This document shows, in pieces, positions 59,916 to 64,000 of a stretch of DNA of 64,000 bases (its first letter is position 1; each line of letters begins with the position of its first letter). A program made the translations under genes and the position numbers. Below the pieces are notes generated by a model. That model ran no database searches and was not told where the DNA came from. It saw nothing but the letters and a program-made list of their open reading frames with translations. Source of the stretch: Thermoleophilia bacterium (GTDB lineage Bacteria > Actinomycetota > Thermoleophilia > UBA2241); NCBI GenBank assembly GCA_040772045.1, contig JAXGYV010000001.1:69577-133576 (forward strand). Direction: 5' to 3'.

Positions 59916-61352
59916 CTAGACGCAGTCTCCCGCCGCCGCCGACTCGCGGAAGCTCGCGGCGGCGGAGGAGGCTGTCGGATCGCCGGTGTCGTGGACCTTC
60001 GTGATGGTGAAGCGGTATTTGCCGGAAGCGCTGGGCTCGATGTGGTCGACGAATTCGAACGACACGGCGCACTCCTCTCCCATGGCGAGCTGTACTCTGT
60101 GCGTGATCTCAGAGATGCCGGCTGCTCTCATGGCCTCGATATCGGGAAGGTCCTTCCGCTGGACGATGCGCGCTCGGACGTGCCGCGTCGACTCCTGAAT
60201 TACCTGAAACTTCTCGATCCAGTCCTGCAGGTGGAAGGCGTAGTTGAAGTACTGGCCCGCGACCAGCGTGCCGTCGGCCGTCACGAAGGTGTCGGAGACG
60301 CGACCGGTGATCTCTCGCAGGAGTGGCCAGACCCGCCCGCAGTCGCACGGCGCGTCCGCCCACACTCCCAAGTCACCGATCTCGTACCTGATAAGGGGGA
60401 GAGCGTAGTTGACGAGCGAAGTGACCACGATGCGGCCGGTCTCTCCCGGCTCGGCGGGGGTGCCGTCGTCGCGCAGTACCTCGAGGAACACCGTCTGGAC
60501 CGGCACGTGCATGCCGGCGTGGCGATTGCACTCAAACGCCATGCCGGAGACCTCGCGCGAGCCGTACGACTGGAACACCTCGGCACGAAACACCCGCGTC
60601 AGGAGGTCGCGCATGTGGGGCTGGAGGCAGCCCGCGGCGGTGGCGACCGTCTTGGGGGAATGCACGGTGAGGCCGTTTCTCTCGACGAACCGGGCGATCT
60701 CCACGGCGCTCTCGACGTAGGCGATGATGTGCTCCGGCCGTGAGCGGTTCATGATGTCGACGTACGAGCTCATGAGCTCGGGCGTCAGGCGGAAGCTGTT
60801 CAGCCAGATCTCGTTGCGCAGCCACTGTCCAAGCCGTGCCCGCAGCGTCTCCTTGCCCGTGAGAAGATCGTCTACCGAACCCCAGATATGGAGTCGCTTC
60901 TCTCCCAGTGGCCGGCAGAGGATCTCCGCGGCGGCCACCAGGCCCACGGCGCGCTGCCAATCCAAGTACGTGCTGTCGTTGATGAGGCGCACGGGCTCAC
61001 CAGTGGACCCGCCAGTCGAATCGTAGCGCCACGTCCTCTCCTGGAGGTCGTCGGATTGGAGGTCGTCGAAACGCGCGCGCAGCGTTGCCTTGTCGAGGAG
61101 AGGGAGGTGTGTGAAACGGGCGGCCAACGCCTCGGCTGAGGCGGTGGCCAGCCCCTGGCTAGAGAAGACCTCACGGTAGTATGGCACGTGTCGAGAGGCG
61201 TGTGCGAGCAGCGCGGCGAGCCGCCGTCGCTGATCGGCAGTGGAGGCCTCAGGAGTGAGCCACTGTCCTGCGCGCACTTCGGCTGCGTGCTGTCGCGTCG
61301 ACCCCCGCGACAGCGTCGCGAGCCGCTCGATTCTGGCCGCTAGCGGGGGCAT
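59916..61352 (-). CDS. CapK / phenylacetate-CoA-ligase-family adenylate-forming enzyme
   Basis: YDSTGGSTGEP AMP-binding P-loop, SYGSRE, YEIGD motifs of the PaaK/CapK ANL subfamily. Confidence 0.75.
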   Translation of the reverse strand: MPPLAARIERLATLSRGSTRQHAAEVRAGQWLTPEASTADQRRRLAALLAHASRHVPYYREVFSSQGLATASAEALAARFTHLPLLDKATLRARFDDLQSDDLQERTWRYDSTGGSTGEPVRLINDSTYLDWQRAVGLVAAAEILCRPLGEKRLHIWGSVDDLLTGKETLRARLGQWLRNEIWLNSFRLTPELMSSYVDIMNRSRPEHIIAYVESAVEIARFVERNGLTVHSPKTVATAAGCLQPHMRDLLTRVFRAEVFQSYGSREVSGMAFECNRHAGMHVPVQTVFLEVLRDDGTPAEPGETGRIVVTSLVNYALPLIRYEIGDLGVWADAPCDCGRVWPLLREITGRVSDTFVTADGTLVAGQYFNYAFHLQDWIEKFQVIQESTRHVRARIVQRKDLPDIEAMRAAGISEITHRVQLAMGEECAVSFEFVDHIEPSASGKYRFTITKVHDTGDPTASSAAASFRESAAAGDCV

Positions 61353-61443
61353 GTATCCTCGCTAGCGGGTAGCTCGCGGGAGTCGACGTTCTGGTGCCGC
61401 GCGCGATACGCGACCATGGCTCCTCGTTGTGTGCTGGCGTGTG

Positions 61444-62625
61444 TCACGAACCCTCGGTGGTGGATTTGTGCGCGCGCGGGGGCTTCTGGCGGCGCGCGTT
61501 GGCGGCGCGCAGCGCGCGTACAGCGCGCCGCGCCGCTCCGTATCGTGCGCCGATGAGCCCGACGAGAGGCGGTGCCGCCACGCGCCCTAGCGCGAGGTGT
61601 GCTTGTCGCATGGGGATCGTCTCGGGCTGCCAGTCGCGCGACCACGGCGTGTCGGTCACCAGATCGAGGCGTTTGATCGCCGGGTCGGTGCAGCAGCGCT
61701 CAAGTGTCCTGTTGAGGAGCACTTGCCCGGGGCCCAGGCGCGCGTAGTCCTGATCGTAGCCGATCTTGAGGATCGCGTAGTCGGGGCCGGTGCGCACGCA
61801 GAACTGCGCGGCGACACAGCGATCGTCTACCCAGAGGCTGTTGATCTCGCAGTGGTCTTCGGGACCGACCATGGTGGCGACGAGGGCACGGTAGAAGGCG
61901 GTCAGTCGCGGATACAGGCTGATGGCGGACCCCGTGCCGCCCTGCCCCTTCCAACCCGAGGCCTCGACGCTCAAGAAGGCCTCGAGGGCACCCTCCAGGA
62001 TGTCTTCGCCGACAGCGGTGGCGAAGCGCGCGCCCTCGAGGCGCGCGATCTTGTTGCAGTGGCTGCGCACGTTCCGCCGGAAGTGCTTGGACAGGCGAGC
62101 CATGAGCTCGTCGTAGGGCTTCTGGCAGTCGAAGCAGTGAGACACCTCTGTGGCGTGAGTGGACCAGGAACACCGGCTCATGTTCTGGAGGCCGTGCCAC
62201 ACGGCGGATGCTTGCGGCAGTGGCCCCAAGACCAGCAGCCGGCGTCCGTCCATGCTCGCACGAAGAAAGCGGACTGCGGCGGGTACGAGCGCGGCCGCGG
62301 CTTCCGCGTCTGGGCAGAGCACGTCGGTGATGGTCCAGTGTGGGTGCCAGGGGAGGGCCCAGACGTGCAGAGGGTAGCGCAGGCTCGTGTCGTCCCGCGC
62401 CACCAGGGGGCAGATGGCGCGCACGTGTCGCCCATCCGTGAGAGTGAGATACCGAGAGAGCTCTGGTGTGTCGCAGAGATGGTCGAGATATGCCAGCTGT
62501 GCCTCAAAGGTGTGGTATCTCGATCTGTGGGGCAGCGCCGCGTACAGCGTCCTCCAGTCTGCCTCCAGGCGCTGCAGCCCGGCGCGGCCCCGGTGCTCAA
62601 CGATCCTCCACGGCGACGTACTCAT
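61444..62625 (-). CDS. GNAT-family acetyltransferase (CelD/BioF2-like, EPS-associated)
   Basis: Roughly 390 aa; C-terminal GNAT core (SLWVDDRCVAAQF...LKIGYDQDY); internal ATG chosen. Confidence 0.6.
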   Translation of the reverse strand: MSTSPWRIVEHRGRAGLQRLEADWRTLYAALPHRSRYHTFEAQLAYLDHLCDTPELSRYLTLTDGRHVRAICPLVARDDTSLRYPLHVWALPWHPHWTITDVLCPDAEAAAALVPAAVRFLRASMDGRRLLVLGPLPQASAVWHGLQNMSRCSWSTHATEVSHCFDCQKPYDELMARLSKHFRRNVRSHCNKIARLEGARFATAVGEDILEGALEAFLSVEASGWKGQGGTGSAISLYPRLTAFYRALVATMVGPEDHCEINSLWVDDRCVAAQFCVRTGPDYAILKIGYDQDYARLGPGQVLLNRTLERCCTDPAIKRLDLVTDTPWSRDWQPETIPMRQAHLALGRVAAPPLVGLIGARYGAARRAVRALRAANARRQKPPRAHKSTTEGS

Positions 62626-63695
62626 GACGAGGAGCTCGTGCCGACGTGGAGGCCGTGCGCACGCCGGCTGAAACGAGCGCTGGCTCTCATCAGGCTGCCC
62701 GGAACGTAGGAGAGCACGTGGTACGAGCAAGGTACGTGGAAGACACGGGCGAGCTCGTTTCGGGCGCGTCGCCGCTGCCCCTGCCCCAACAACTGGCGTA
62801 CCTTCTGGAGCCGAAAGTGGTCAGCGGCATGCTCGTAATCGTCTCGGTGCAGGGCGAGGAACTCCTCATCCTGGCCCCAGACTCGCTCGATGATGGTCAG
62901 AGCGGCCTCCGCGCGCGCGGAGGCCGCGAGGCCTGTGAGCCGCGCGCCCGCATGGCCGTGCTGCCACGCCGTATCGCAGTCCATGTAGCCGGCGAGGCCG
63001 CGCCGCGCCAGCCGAGCAAAGCACTCCCAGTCTTCATAGATCGCGATGTCTTCGGGAAATCGCAGAGCGTCGCCGGCTTCGCGCCGGCGCACGACGACCG
63101 TGCACGTGTTCACGTACCAGCCGTTGATGTACGCCTCGTACAGGCGTCCGATGTGCAGCCTGAAGTCTGGAGCGGACGCCGGCAGATCCCGGATGGTGGT
63201 TGAGTCGATAGTACGGGAGAGGACGCGATCTGGGGCGCTCGCGTTGCCGTACCACGACGAGAGGTAGTGTGACACGCGGCGCCCTTGTTCTGTAACCACC
63301 CCAAAGTCGCTGAAAACGAACAGTATGTCGGGGAACTGTTCGAGTACTGTGCGCTGCCATGCAAGCTTTCCGGGGATCCATTCGTCGTCTGAGTCGAGAA
63401 AGGCGACGAGATCTCCCTGTGCCCACTGGACGCCGGTATTCCGCGCGGTACCGGCGCCGCGGTGATCGGTCCTGACGTACCGTACGGCGGGCGCGAAGGC
63501 GCGCACGACCGCCTCGGTGTTGTCCGTCGATCCGTCGTCGACAACGATGACTTCGTCTCCTGATTGACACTCGGTGAGCGCACAACCAACCGCTCGTGCA
63601 AGGAGGTGCGCGCGATTGAACGTTGGGATCACCACCGAGACTGTGAGATGTGTCACGGGCGAGGTGTCCTTGCGGTGCCGCCTGAACGAAGCCAA
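62622..63695 (-). CDS. Glycosyltransferase family 2
   Basis: VVIPTFNRA...VVDDGSTD...FLDSDDEW (DxD) motifs. Confidence 0.85.
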   Translation of the reverse strand: MASFRRHRKDTSPVTHLTVSVVIPTFNRAHLLARAVGCALTECQSGDEVIVVDDGSTDNTEAVVRAFAPAVRYVRTDHRGAGTARNTGVQWAQGDLVAFLDSDDEWIPGKLAWQRTVLEQFPDILFVFSDFGVVTEQGRRVSHYLSSWYGNASAPDRVLSRTIDSTTIRDLPASAPDFRLHIGRLYEAYINGWYVNTCTVVVRRREAGDALRFPEDIAIYEDWECFARLARRGLAGYMDCDTAWQHGHAGARLTGLAASARAEAALTIIERVWGQDEEFLALHRDDYEHAADHFRLQKVRQLLGQGQRRRARNELARVFHVPCSYHVLSYVPGSLMRASARFSRRAHGLHVGTSSSS

Positions 63696-63765
63696 CTATA
63701 GCATGAGGTCATCGCTCGCCCGGCGAGGGGCGGCGAGCGGTGGAAGCAAGAGGCCGGCTCCGTGG

Positions 63766-64000
63766 TCAGCGAACATCTCCTGAGCCAGCGCGCGTATCTC
63801 GGGCCACGGCTGCGAAGAACGCGCGGAGCCTAGCTCCGTGAAGCGCGTAATGGAGCTGTTCCTCGGCGATACGGCGGCCGGCTTGTCCTATCGTCGCCGC
63901 TCTCTCGGGATCGTCGAGGGCGGCGACGATCTGGGCGGCATAGGCGGCCGCGTCGCCCGGCTTCGAGAGGTACGCCGTCTCTCCGTCCTCGAGGTAACGG
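63766..64000 (-). CDS. Glycosyltransferase family 4, C-terminal fragment (gene continues beyond window end)
   Basis: Hand translation of the minus strand gives ...YLEDGETAYLSKPGDAAAYAAQIVAALDDPERAATIGQAGRRIAEEQLHYAL...* , the canonical GT4 C-terminus (E-x7-E region); stop complement at 63766-63768. Confidence 0.6.
   Translation of the reverse strand, partial: RYLEDGETAYLSKPGDAAAYAAQIVAALDDPERAATIGQAGRRIAEEQLHYALHGARLRAFFAAVARDTRAGSGDVR

Overview
This is a GC-rich (by eye) and densely coding 64-kb chromosomal window. Gene order looks like a Firmicutes/Clostridia-type backbone in a high-GC organism; the taxon cannot be named from this sequence alone. Positions 1-29.8 kb form one long plus-strand run of housekeeping genes: ispA-dxs-tlyA-nadK-recN, pyrG, an M20 peptidase, xerD-deoB-punA-pdp, an ADP-ribosylglycohydrolase, rsmD-coaD, yceD-rpmF, a Pta-N-terminal-like protein, plsX-acpP-rnc-smc-ftsY-ffh-rpsP-KH-rimM-trmD-rplS-lepB-rnhB. 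A minus-strand operon at 29.9-35.1 kb encodes an SbcD/SbcC-like (YhaO/YhaN-type) nuclease-ATPase pair translationally coupled to a PLP aminotransferase. Positions 35.2-50.2 kb return to the plus strand with yraN-comM-dprA, xerC, a FliA/WhiG-family sigma factor with no adjacent flagellar genes, then rpsB-tsf-pyrH-frr-uppS-cdsA-dxr-rseP-(epimerase)-ispG. From 50.2 kb to the window end a roughly 14-kb minus-strand glycan-biosynthesis operon continues beyond the window. It encodes WecB, TagA/WecG, an AsnB paralog, four glycosyltransferases (GT4 and GT2), a deacetylase-like protein, a FemAB-like protein, a CapK-like adenylating ligase, a CelD-like GNAT and an unassigned 415-aa protein. This gene set recalls the accessory genes of exosortase (PEP-CTERM)-type EPS loci, and is the best candidate here for an undescribed glycan-aminoacylation system. 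Notable non-coding signals are a 38-bp perfect palindrome across the frr stop codon, a 17-bp perfect inverted repeat across the aminotransferase stop, a hairpin plus pyrimidine-rich leader before pyrG, and a GGTACAGTACC palindrome before acpP. I found no tRNA, rRNA, CRISPR or transposase. All functional calls are from reading the translated ORFs against remembered family signatures; no searches were run.
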